Of a stretch of DNA of 64,000 nucleotides, positions 52,270 through 64,000 are shown in pieces. The stretch is from assembly GCF_009914755.1 (NCBI RefSeq), contig NC_060936.1. One strand, given 5' to 3'. The stretch comes from the human T2T-CHM13v2.0 reference genome, Homo sapiens. The notes below the pieces were generated by a model. The model did not search any database and was not told the DNA's origin. It saw only the letters and a program-made list of their open reading frames with translations. A program made the translations under genes and the position numbers. The first letter of the stretch is position 1. Every line of letters begins with the position of its first letter.

Positions 52270-53451
52270 ATTGTTCCTGCAGCTAAATTCTTATATCTTA
52301 AATCCCTACCTCCCACAATAAGCAGATGTTAGGCCCACTTATTTTATAACTTTTTGCTGTTTATGTCTCTTTTTGTCCCTGGACACAGGGATTAGCGACC
52401 CACTCTCCACCAAATTTCAAATCATTAGGGGCATTATGTTGTGTCCCAGGAGTGGCTGAGGCTTTAAGTACCTGCTGCTCTAACCTAGGCCTGCTGAGGA
52501 GTACAATTCATCTTGTGTTTCTGTGTTGTTTAACAACCTTCCTGAACTCCTCTAAATCAGTCCTTCCTGCCACAACTGGCAAGAATCAAGAAACTCTCCA
52601 AGAAAATGTTTCTCAACCTGCCTGTTGTCAAGTAGAAGACAGGTCTGCTGACCATGGCAGGCATGGCAGTGCATGATAGTGAGCGCCCCCCACCGTGTTT
52701 GCTATTCACTGCATGTTCCACCTGAACTTTCCCATCTGCTCAGTGAGTCTTGGCAGTGGGGTAAAGGGGACTCACTCTCAAAGACCAAGGCTGACCCTCT
52801 CTGAATACAATGCCTTGAACTAGTTACTGTCACTGTGGTTTTGTCTTCAGGGACTAAAAAAGATACAATAAGAATTTGTTCCTTTAGTTGTCCTGTTGAT
52901 GCACAAAATACTTAAATGCTTCTACATAGGTCTGCTCTTGTGCACCACAGAGCACTAAGGGAAAGTCCCCACAATAAAAGTGCTTTTCACCTGAGCTGCT
53001 ATGTGTGACACTGTACTTTCCCTCTGTAACAGCATGGATAAATACAGAGATAACTAGCAACTGATACCCTAGTATGCCAAGCAATTGGTGTATCTGTGTG
53101 ATTAAAAACCAGCATTTAACCATACTCTAGATACACTAAATATCAAGCCCACACTCATAGCCTGTAATTCCACTTTGCTTCCAGATGGCAGTTACAATTG
53201 GATAGGAAATACCTAGTTTACAGGAGGCATTAATACTTCATTGTTGCAGAAACTAAACCCTTAAAAGAATGTATCCTTGACTTTCTGACCTGGATACTAA
53301 CAAACAGTGAAAAATATGTATCTAAGAATACATTTGGAACAGAAATGTGAAAAACCAAAAGTAAGAGATATTATGAAGGATCAAATATAAAATGCTCCAG
53401 TGCTAAAGAGGCAACAAAGAAAATTGTAGAAGAAAATGACAAGAGGCATTA

Positions 53452-53835
53452 TGTCTTAATGAGTTTGTGCTACTGTATAAGAAAATACAATAGGCTGGGT
53501 AATTTCTGAAGAAGAGAAATTATTTCTCCTAGTTCCATAGGCTGGAAGTCCAAGATCAAGATGCCAGAAGGATTGGTGTCTGGTGAGGACCTGGCCTTTG
53601 CATCCAAGATGGTACCTTGTGCACTGTGTCTTCAGGAGGAGATGCACTGTGCCCTCACATGGCAGAAGGTGAAAGGGCAAAACAGGGGAAGCCCACGCCC
53701 TCCAGTCCTTGTGTAAGGACCCTAAACCCATTCTTGAAGGAACTCTCTTCATGAATGAATCACTACCTAAGGGCGCTACTTCCTAATCCTATAACATTGT
53801 GATTAATTTTAGGGGAACACATTCAGAACATAGCA
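53452..53835 (-). mobile_element. ERVL-MaLR solo LTR (MSTC/MSTD/MLT1A-type)
   Basis: Starts tgtctta, contains ggctgggtaattt and gctggaagtccaagatcaag...tggtgtctggtgagg, ends cacattcagaacatagca. Confidence 0.85.
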
Positions 53836-53869
53836 CTCTATATTCAATTTTTAAAAAATTATTTTGTTG

Positions 53870-54527
53870 TTTTGCTTTTCTGTTTTTCAAATGGCTTAAA
53901 GTGCACAAAATTTGATTAATCATATTCCTTGACTCATAGCATACCTTGGCTCCTATTTCATCCTTGTCTGTGCCTGGGCCTCTATGCAAATGTATTTGAA
54001 TAATATGGTAATCACTTGTGAACCCACAACACAACTCAAGAACTAGGGTTCTGACACTAACATCTGCTCCTCCTCTGTCTTTTTTCCTGATTTACACCCT
54101 TCAGCCCCAGGGTAACTACTACCCTGAATTTATGTTTAGGATTCCCTGCCTTTAAAAAAATTGCTTTATTGCCTATATATGATTGCCCTAAATGACATAT
54201 TATTTAGTTTTTTAAGGGTATAATTTATTTACCCATTCTCCTATTAATTTACCTATTCTCCTATTAATGAACATCTGGCTTGTTTCCATATATTTGCTGT
54301 TATGAATGGCATTACATGAGCATTTATTTTTTTACTACTTCTGGTACATATGGGCAAGAGTTTCTCCAGGGCCTATGGTAGAGAAATTAGTTTGCCATAA
54401 CATATGAGAATGCTCAACTTTATAAGATAATCCAAATTGTTTTCCAAAGTGGTAATTCTAATTTAAACCCTCACCTCCTGTATTAGTTCGAGATGATCTT
54501 GTTGATCCACAGTCTCTCCATATTTGG
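53870..54527 (-). mobile_element. Old L1 (L1M-type) 3' fragment
   Basis: Motifs ggtaactactaccctgaattt, cattctcctattaatgaacatctgg and ccaaattgttttccaaagtgg are typical of antisense L1M 3' regions. Boundaries approximate. Confidence 0.65.
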
Positions 54528-56856
54528 TGATAAGGTTTGGCTGTGTCCCCACTCAAATCTCAGCTTGAGTTCTATCTCCCAGAATATCCACATGTTGTGG
54601 GGGGGACACAGGGTGAGGTAACTGAATGATGGAGGCCAGTCTTTCCTGTGCTATTCTCATGATAGGGAATAAGCCTCAAGAGATCTGATGGGTTTATCAG
54701 GGGTTTCTGCTTTGGCTTCCTCCTCATTTTCTCTTGCTGCTGCCATTTAAGAAGTCCCTTTCACCTCCTACCATGACTCTGAGACCTCCCCCACCATGTG
54801 GGACTGTAAATCCAATTACAGTTCTTTTTCTTTACACCTCTTTTTCTTCTCAGACTTGGGTATGTCTTTATCAGCAGTGTGAAAACAGACTAATACAGTA
54901 AATTGATACCAGTGGTGTGGGGTGCTGCTGAAAAGATAGTGAAAAATGTGGAAGCAACTTTGAAACTTGTTAACAGGCAGAAGTTGGAACAGTTTCAAGG
55001 GCTCAGAAAAAGAATGGAAAAGGTGGGAAATTTTGGAACCTCCTAGAGACTTGTTGAATGGATTTGACAAAAATGCTGATAGTGTTTTGAACAATAAGGT
55101 CCAGGCTGAGGTGGTCTCAGATGGAGATGAGAAACTTGTTGGGAACTGGAGCAAAGGTGACTCTCGTTATGTTTTAGCAAAAAGAATGGCAGCATTTTGC
55201 CCCTGCCCTAGAGATTTGTGGAACTTTGAACTTGAGAGAGATGATTTAGGTTATCTGCTGGAAGAAATTTCTAAGCAGTAAAACATTCAAGAGGTGACTT
55301 GGGTGATTCTAAAGGACTTTGGTTTCATAAAGGAAGCAGAGCATACAAGTTTGGAAAATTTGCAGCCTGACAATGTGATAGAGAAGAAAATCCCATTTTC
55401 TGAGGATAAATTAGAGGAGTCTGCAGAAATTTGCATAAGTAACGAGAAGCTGAATGTTAATCCCCAAAACAATGGGGAAAATTTCTACGGGACATGTCAC
55501 AGGTCATCACAGCAGACCCTCCCATCACAAGCCCAGAGGCCTAGGAGGAAAAAATGGTTTTCTGGGCTGGGCACAGGTTGACTGTGCTGTGTGCAGCCTA
55601 GGGCCTTGGTTCTCTGCATTTCAGCCCTTCTAGCCATGGCTGAAAGGGACCAACATAGAACTCAGGCCATGGCTTGAGAGTGCAAACGCCAAGCCTTGGC
55701 AGCTTCCACGTGGTGTTGAGTCTGCACATGCATAGAAGTCAAGAATTGAGGTTTGGAAACCCCCACCTAGATTTCAGAGGATGTATGAAAATACCAGGAT
55801 GTCCAAGCAGAAGTTTGCTGCAGGGGTGGGACTCTGATGGAGAACCTCTGCTAGGGCTGTGCAGAAGGGAAATGTGGGATTGGAGCCCCTACACAGAGTC
55901 CCTACTGGGGCACATCCTAGTGGAGCTGTGAGGAGAGGGTCACACTCCTCCAGGCCCCAGAATGGTAGATTCACTGATGGCTTGCACTGTGAGCCTGGAA
56001 AAGCTGCAGTCACTCAACATCAGCCCATGAAAGTAGCCAGGAGGTGGGCTATATGCTACAAAGCCACAGGGGCAGAACTATCCAAGGCTGTGGGAGCCCA
56101 CCTCTTGCATCAGCATGATCCTGATGTGAAACATGAAGTCAACGGAGATCATTTTGGAGATTTAAAATTTTACTACCTTGCTGGATTTCAGACTTGCATG
56201 GGACCAGTAGCCCCTTTGTTTTGGCCAATTTCTCCCATTTGGAACAGCAGCATTTACTCAACTACCTGTACCCCCACTGTATCTAGGAAGTAACTAGCTT
56301 GATTTGGATTTTACAGGGTCATAGGCAGAAGAGACTTGCTTTGTCTCAGATGAGACTTTGGACAGTGGACATTTGGGTTAATGCTGAAATGAGTTGAGAC
56401 TTTGGGGGACTGTTGGGAAGGAATAATAGGTTTTGAAATGTGAGGACATGAGATTTGGACAGAACGTGAGATTTGGAAGGGCCAGGAGTGGAAAAATATG
56501 GTTTGACTGTGTCCCTACCCACATCTCAACTTGAATTGTATTGCTCAGAATTCCCACGTGTTCGGGGAGGGAACCAGGGGGAGGTAGTTGAATCTTTGGG
56601 GCTGGTCTTTCCCATGCTGTTCTTGTGATAGTGAATAAATCTCACAAGATCTGATGGGTTTACCAGTGGTTTCATCTTTTGTTTATTTTGCCTCCTTCTC
56701 ATATTCTCTTGCCACTGCCATGTAAGACATGCTGTTCATCCACTGCCATAACTCTGAGGCCTCCTCAACCATGTGGATCCCGAAATACAATTAAACCTCT
56801 TTTTCTTCCCCATCTCAGGTATGTCTTTATCAGCAGTGTGAATGTGAACTAATACA
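54528..56856 (+). mobile_element. Full-length THE1A (ERVL-MaLR): LTR 54,528-54,897, internal 54,898-56,493, LTR 56,494-56,856
   Basis: Both LTRs end actaataca and carry the THE1A-type gggtttatcaggggttt core. The ~1.6-kb internal region ends in a purine tract. A 5-bp TSD TTTGG lies at 54,523-54,527 and 56,857-56,861. Confidence 0.93.
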
Positions 56857-57895
56857 TTTGGTATTGTCAAACTTCTTAATAATTGTGGGGAGAATAGATG
56901 TGTAGTATCTTGGGCATTTTCCTGATTACTAATGAGGTGGGGACATTTTTTACATTTTGCAGGCTTTCTTTTTTGTGAAATCCCTATTGATGTATTTTCC
57001 CAATTTTCTGTTGGGTTGCTATTTTTAAAATTAATTCATAGGAGTTCCTTATACTTAGTTGATAAGATTTTAATATTTCATAGGTTTTAGGTACTGCAAA
57101 TATCTTCTAATTTATAGTTTATCTTTTCACTTTTTTACTTTTATTTTTTAATTTCTTTTTTTTTTTTTTTTTTGAGACAGAGTCTAGCTCTGTTATTCAG
57201 GCTGGAGTGCAGTGGCTCACTGCAACCTCCACCTCCCGGGTTCAGATGATTCTTGTGTCTCAGCTTCCCAAGTAGCTGGAATTACAGGTGTCTGCCACTA
57301 ATGCCAAGCTAATTTCTTGTATTTTTAGTAGAGACGGGGTTTCACCATGTTGGCCAGTCTGGTCTCAAACTCCTGACCTCAGATGATGTACTGTTCGGAT
57401 TACAGGCTTGAGACACCTTGCCCAGCCTATCTTTCCACTTTTTGATGTAAAAAGTTCTTAATTGTATGAGAGTCAAAATGTCTAATCTTTTTTAATGGTT
57501 AAATGGCTTTTTGTGTCTCATTCACATACATTTTCTACTAAAAGTTTTAAAGTTTTGTTTCTGACATGTAAGTCTTTGGTCTTTGGAATTTAATGTTTGT
57601 AATAGAGTGAAGTAGGAATATAATTTCATTTTGTTTCCTATATCAATAACCATTATTTTTCTATTCTATTTATTGAAAAGTTCTTTCTTTCCTTGCTGAT
57701 CTGCCATGTCACCTACATCACATATCAAAGATTAAATTTGTGAATATTTGTTTGGGAACTCTCTATTCTGTTTCATCAGTCAGTTTATCAGTGAAAACCA
57801 CACTGTCTTAATTGCTGTAGCTTTATAAAAGTTCTGATATTTGCTAGCACAAATCTTTCCTCTTTTTAATAAGGCCTTTGATATTCTTGGCCCCC
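56857..57895 (-). mobile_element. Continuation of old L1M fragment, interrupted by an Alu
   Basis: gcattttcctgattactaatgagg, ctctctattctgtttcat and accacactgtcttaattgctgtagctttata are antisense L1 ORF2-end motifs. Confidence 0.65.
57137..57427 (-). mobile_element. Alu (AluS-like) with short internal deletions
   Basis: Poly-T then gagacagagtct...cccagcc; TSD tatcttt[t/c]cacttttt at ~57,120 and ~57,428. Confidence 0.92.
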
Positions 57896-57909
57896 TCCCT
57901 TTTCCATAT

Positions 57910-58709
57910 ATATATAGAGAGAGAGAGAAAGAGAGAGTATATATATCCATATATATGATATATAAATATTATATTTATATATATTTATATATATAAATAT
58001 TATATATATTATATTTATATATATATAAATATTATATATATATAAATATTATATATCATATATATCTATATGTATGATATATATTATATATCATATATAT
58101 CTATATGTATGATATATTATATATCATATATATCTATATGTATGATATATATTATATATCATATATATCTATATGTATGATATATATTATATATCATATA
58201 TATCTATATGTATGATATATATTATATATCATATATATCTATATGTATGATATATATTATATATCATATATATCTATATGTATGATATATATATTATATA
58301 TCATATATCATATATATTTATATGTATGATATATATATTATATATCATATATATATTTTATATATTATATATCTTATATCATTATATATATAATATATAA
58401 TATATATCATATATATTTAATATATATGATATATATATCATATGTATTTAATATATATGATATATATATCATATATATTTATATATGATATTTATATGTA
58501 TGATATATATCACATATATTTATACATATATTTATATATGATATATATCATATATAAATATATATGATATATATCATATATATTTATATATGATATATAT
58601 GATATATTTTATATATGATATATATCATATATTTATATATGATATATATCATATATTTATATAAATATATTTATATATGATATATATCATATATATTTAT
58701 ATATATAGA
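57910..58709. repeat. AT-rich micro/minisatellite including seven ~35-bp units
   Basis: tctatatgtatga recurs at 58,065, 58,100, 58,133, 58,168, 58,203, 58,238 and 58,273, flanked by degenerate (TA)n. Confidence 0.95.
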
Positions 58710-59002
58710 GAGAGACAGAGTCTCACTTTCTTGCCCAGGCTTGAGGACTGTGGCAATCGTAGCTCACTGCAGACTTGAACTCCTGGGCTCAAGAACTCCT
58801 CCTACTTCAGCCTCCCAAGTAACTGGGACTCTAAGGCATGTACCACCTCATCCATCTAATTTAAAAAATATATATTATTTTTTGTAACGATGGGGATCTT
58901 GCTATGCTGCCCAGGCTGGTCTCAAACTTTTGGCCTCAAGCAATCCTCCCACCTCAAGCTCCCGAAGTGCTGGGATCACAAGAGTGAGCCACCACACCTG
59001 GC
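58710..59002 (-). mobile_element. Alu (AluJ-like)
   Basis: gagacagagtctcact...aactcctgggctcaag...gtgagccaccacacctggc. Confidence 0.92.
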
Positions 59003-59971
59003 TCCATTTTCCATATTTTAAGACCGTTTTTTAAAAGCTGCTCAAGACTGCTTTTTTCTCTTGGTGCTACTTGCAACTCCCTTACTTAGCCTTGGAAATA
59101 CTCTTAATGAAGAAAATCTAAAGAGTTGAAAAATAAAATATTATTTCTTTTCTTCCAATTGCAAAAGAGCAGACACCCTCCTGAATCATAAAGCTAGTTT
59201 TGATAAATTGGTGAACTGAGAGCATACACAGTGTTATTAATTCTGTTCTCATTTCTGCTTCACTGTAGAGTGTCTTCACAGAGTCTTAAAAGATTATTGC
59301 TATGAAATATTCTTATACATGTAACACATAACCTCTATAATTCTGCAGTAGTACTTGGCTGTCTTACCTAATAATCAATTGCTTTGCTTCATAATATTTA
59401 AATTGGCATCTTATTTTCCAAAATGCATAAATACTAGTATAGATTTTTAGTTAAGCCAGAAGAAAGTAGACTTTATTTACTAACATAACTTACATGTAAG
59501 GGTTTAATAAATCTCCCTGCTTCTTTTCTTTTGCATCATAACAACCACTGAAAATAATATTTGTATAGCAGTTGGGGGTAAATGGACAATGACTTTTGTG
59601 GCAGGAGGTGAATGGCCCAGGGGCTCCTCCTGCACTCCAGGTCCCACTGAGCCTGCCACACAGCTGAGGGCATCGGTATTTCCACACACCTACAGTGCAC
59701 GCTGTCCCAGAACACAGATCAGATGCTCTCCTTTATTCAAATGGGGAGTTGAGAGTATTGTGATTGTAATTCAATTAATAAATACATATTTATGCACTGT
59801 TAAAATCTGGTTGGATTTGCATCCCTTCACAAAACAAATTGCTTAAATGAAACCACAGAGTTAACATAAATGAGTACATTTGCTTCTATGATATGCTCTT
59901 TTAAATGGAATTAGAATCTAATTTGAAATGTCAATTAAAAGTTTAAATATTCAACTAAATTACATTTAGAT

Positions 59972-60272
59972 TTTTGTTTCGTTTGTTTTGAGATGGAGTT
60001 TAGCTCTGGTCACCCAGGCTGGAATGCAATGGCGCAATCTCAGCTCACTGCAAGCACCTTCTCCCAGGTTCAAGAAATTCTCTTGCCTCAACCTCCTGAG
60101 TAGCTGGGATTACAGGTGCCTGCCACCGCATCTGGCTAATTTTTGTATTTTCAGTAGAGATGGGGTTTCACCATGTTGGCCAGGCTGGTCTTGAACTCCT
60201 GACCTCACGTGATCCACCCACCTAGGCCTCCCAAAGTGCTGGGATTACAGGTGTGAGCCACCGCGCTCGGCC
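59972..60272 (-). mobile_element. Alu (AluS-like)
   Basis: Full dimer ending gtgagccaccgcgctcggcc; flanking tttagatt repeat. Confidence 0.95.
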
Positions 60273-60496
60273 TCTTTAGATTATTTTACTTTATTTTAGT
60301 TACTTATTTTACAACTTTATTGTTATAAAAATGCTAGCTTTTTAAAAAAATCAATCAATATAACAAAGAACAGAGAAGATGATCAACAAGCATTCCCACC
60401 TGCATGATCTGGAAATAACTGTCATCAATCCAAAAGCTGGCACATGGTGGATCCCTTCACACCAGTTCCCAGTACAAAGTAACCCCTTGCTTGTAG

Positions 60497-60809
<313 letters not shown>

Positions 60810-61019
60810 TAGAAAACATTTTTCATTAGCAAACACTATGCTTGGGGGTTTTAGGACTGATTATTTTCAAATCTCTAGAAAAGTTCAATGTATTACCTTA
60901 GGCTATAATCCCAGGGCAGAGTCTCATCTGTTAATAGGAGGCTGGTCTAAGGGTCCTTCCAGCTCTCAGATTAATGGTTTCCCATGTTGAACTGCTCCCT
61001 GCCACTCATCCATCCTTGG

Positions 61020-61167
61020 TTTTGTTTGTTTGTTTGTTTGTTTGTTTTTACAGGACAAGGTCTCACTATATTGCCCAGGCTGGTCTTGAACTCCTGGCCT
61101 TAAGCAATCCTCCTGCCTTGGCCTCCCAAAGTGTTGGAGTTACAGATGTGAGCCTTTGTGCTCAGCC
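61020..61167 (-). mobile_element. Free left Alu monomer (FLAM-like)
   Basis: Single left arm with a (TTTG)n tail and TSD catccttgg at 61,011 and 61,168. Confidence 0.88.
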
Positions 61168-61626
61168 CATCCTTGGCTGTTCAAGTGTGGAGGTAAATTG
61201 TAGATGCTAAGTTTACCTCCAGGTCAGAAGGGGCAGATGCCCCAGGGCAGAATCATAACCCTAACCGGGCCTCCCACTGCATGAAGACCTTATTTTCTGA
61301 TGCTTAAACCTGGACAAAGGTCTGACCAGTAGCACTGTGTTCATGAATATCAGGTCAAAAATTTAAAACTGGGACTATCCAGAAGAACCTGGTAGATGCA
61401 GGTGCAGTCTGCAGTCCAATGGTCAGCCACGAAAACAGGCTACCTGTTCTTTCTCTTTATCATGGAGTCCTTGATGTAAAAATCGATGACACTTTCTTGC
61501 TTCTGGTGTGCTTCCCTTTCTTCTTCATTTTCCATAAGTAGTTTCCTCCATCCCACCTCCCAACAGGCCACAGTCAATTCAGGACATTTTAACCATGAAA
61601 ATGAGTCTCCATAACACGAATTTAGA

Positions 61627-61930
61627 GGCCAGGCAGGGTGGCTCATGTCTGTAATCCCAGCACTCTGGGAGGCTGAAGTGGGAGAATAGATTGAGCTTAG
61701 GAGTTTGAGACCAGCCTGGGCAACATGGTGAAACCCTGTCTCTAACCAAAAATAAATGAATTAAAAAAAAAAAACATGTATGGTGGTACATGCTATTAGT
61801 CCAGCTACTCAGGAGGCTGAGGTGGGAGGATTGCTTGAGTCAAGGAGGTCAAGTCTGAAGTGGGCCAAGATCATGCCACTGCAGTCCTTCCTGGGCAACA
61901 GAGTGAGACCTTATCTCAAGAAAAAAAAAA
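61627..61930 (+). mobile_element. Alu (AluJ-like)
   Basis: ggccaggcagggtggctcatgtctgtaatccc...gggaggattgcttgag...poly-A. Confidence 0.93.
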
Positions 61931-62251
61931 GTTTTATAGGACAGACTGACTCTCTTATTACAAGCCAATGCTCATTTGCCATTCCATAAATCCTAGGGCA
62001 CCTCTTAAGAATTATGATAAATCTACTCTACCCATGCTCTATAAATGGATTCACTATTGTAGATGCCACTAAGAGCATTCATGATTCGCCAGAGGAAGTA
62101 AAAATAGCAGCAGTAATAGGAGGTTGGAAGAAGTTGATTCCAACCGTCATAAATGATTTTGAGGGGTTCAAGACTTTAGCAGAGGAAGTAACCACAGTTG
62201 TGGTGAAGATAGCAAGAGAACTAGTATTACAAGTGGAGCCTGAAGATGTGA

Positions 62252-62571
<320 letters not shown>

Positions 62572-63105
62572 AAATTGCTGCAATCTTAGTGGATGAAGAG
62601 TTGCTTATTATGAATGAGCAAAGAAAGTGGTTTCTTGGGATGGAATCTACTCCTGATGAAGATGCCATGAACATGTGGAAAGAACAACAAAGGACTTAGA
62701 ATATTCCATAAATTTAGTTTATAGAGGAGTGGCAGGGTTTGAGAGGATTAGTTCCAGTTTTGATATAAATTCTACTGTGGGTAAAATGCTAACAAACTGT
62801 ACAGCATGCTACAGTGAAATCTTTTGTGAAAGCAAGAGTCAGTCAATGCGGCAAACTTCATTGTCATGTTATTTTAAGAAATTGCCACAACCTCTCCAGC
62901 CCTCAGCAACCATCACCCTGATCAGTCAGTAGCTATCAACACTGAGGCAAAACCATCCACCAGCAAAGTGATGGTGACTTGATGAAGGCCCAGATGATGG
63001 TTAGCATTTTTTGGCAATCAAGTATTTTCAAAGTAAGGTATTTACACTATATTTTAGACATAATGCTATTGCACACTTAATTGACTACAGTAGTTTAAAC
63101 ATAAC

Positions 63106-63384
63106 TTTTTTTTTTTTTTTTGAGATGGAGTCTCACTCTGTTGCCCAGGTTGGAGTGCAGTGGTGTGATCTTGTCTCACTGCAAACTCTGCCTCCCATGT
63201 TCAAACAATTCTCCTGCCTCAGCCTCTTGAGTAGCTAGGAATACAGGCGCTCACCACCATTTTTCTATTTCCACAGGGTTTCCCCATGTTGGCCAGGCAG
63301 GTCTCGAACTTCTGACCTTGGGTGATCCACCCGCCTCGGCCTCCCAATGTGCTGGGATTACAGGCTTGAGCCACCATGCCTGGC
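63106..63384 (-). mobile_element. Alu (AluS-like, linker deletion) nested in Tigger1
   Basis: TSD aaca[t/c]aactttt at 63,098 and 63,385. Confidence 0.93.
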
Positions 63385-63524
63385 AACACAACTTTTATGT
63401 GCACCAGAAAGCAAAGAATTTCTTGTGACTTGCAAAAAATTTCGTGTGACTTGCTCTATTGTGATATTCGCCTTATTGTGGTGACTTAGAACCAAACCTG
63501 AAATATCTCCAAGGTGTGCCTGTA

Positions 63525-64000
63525 CCCCTGAAAGCAGAGCTGGAGTAAAGACTTGGGTGTGGATGGTTTATTTGGGAAGTGATTCCAAGAAGCAAGAGTG
63601 AGATGTGGGAAGAGTGAACCAGGCAAGAAAAAAAAGCCAAAATAATGGCATGCTACTGAGGCTGCCCCCATGCACTTTTTTTATGCGGGACCTTCCGAGA
63701 GGCTCTGGAAAGTTATCCAGGACTGTCCATCTGAAACATGAGCCTCGAGCATTTGCCCACCTGTCCCACACTGTTTGAGGTCTTCCCCTGAGGCTGTTAA
63801 CCTGCAAGTGTTTCTGGGCTGTATTTGTGCTCAGGCAAAATCCTATAATAGTGGAGATGTCCTGGGGCAGAAAGTGTAGCTTGAGTTTGCTGGCAGCAAA
63901 AGGGAAGCCTGTGCTTCAGTGGAGCTCCCCACGGTGGCTGAGACTGAATGAAAAGTGTGCTGAGAAGTCATGATGCAGTCGTCATTGCACGGAGGAATCG
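63525..64000 (-). mobile_element. Old MaLR LTR fragment (MLT1I/J/K-like)
   Basis: aagcagag...gtttatttgggaagtgattccaagaagc resembles an antisense MLT1I/J end. Right boundary uncertain. Confidence 0.5.

Noticed and set aside
54816-56293. ORFs in the THE1 internal region
   Set aside because: Fragmented remnants of the MaLR internal ORF, broken by stops.
45877-56856. PRDM9 13-mer CCNCCNTNNCCNC hotspot motif
   Set aside because: The candidate sites I inspected in SST1 and the THE1A LTRs did not match fully; a position-weight-matrix scan is needed.

Overview
This is primate (human or great-ape type) pericentromeric DNA, not microbial, and no protein-coding gene is supportable. Bases 1-~45,878 are one uninterrupted block of divergent ~171-bp alpha satellite. 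It mixes A-type (pJ-alpha box) and B-type (CENP-B box) monomers irregularly, consistent with SF5/R1-R2, and switches orientation at ~8,486. It joins directly to 2 full ~2.4-kb units plus 1 rearranged, truncated unit of the GC-rich SST1 (NBL2/MER22) macrosatellite (45,877-52,020). The rest (52.0-64.0 kb) is repeat-rich arm-type sequence: 8 Alus plus a FLAM, an MST/MLT1A-type LTR, a full THE1A element with TSD inside an old L1, an ~800-bp AT-rich array inside an Alu's TSDs, a deleted Tigger1 and an MLT1-type LTR. The listed ORFs are chance frames in repeats. I found no evidence of a new gene system. The most interesting signals are structural: the inversion, templated-insertion scars, relic higher-order periodicity, two rearrangements at the same (CCCCAG)n point of SST1, and a promoter/exon-like layout in SST1 units. 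All identities and counts were made by eye.
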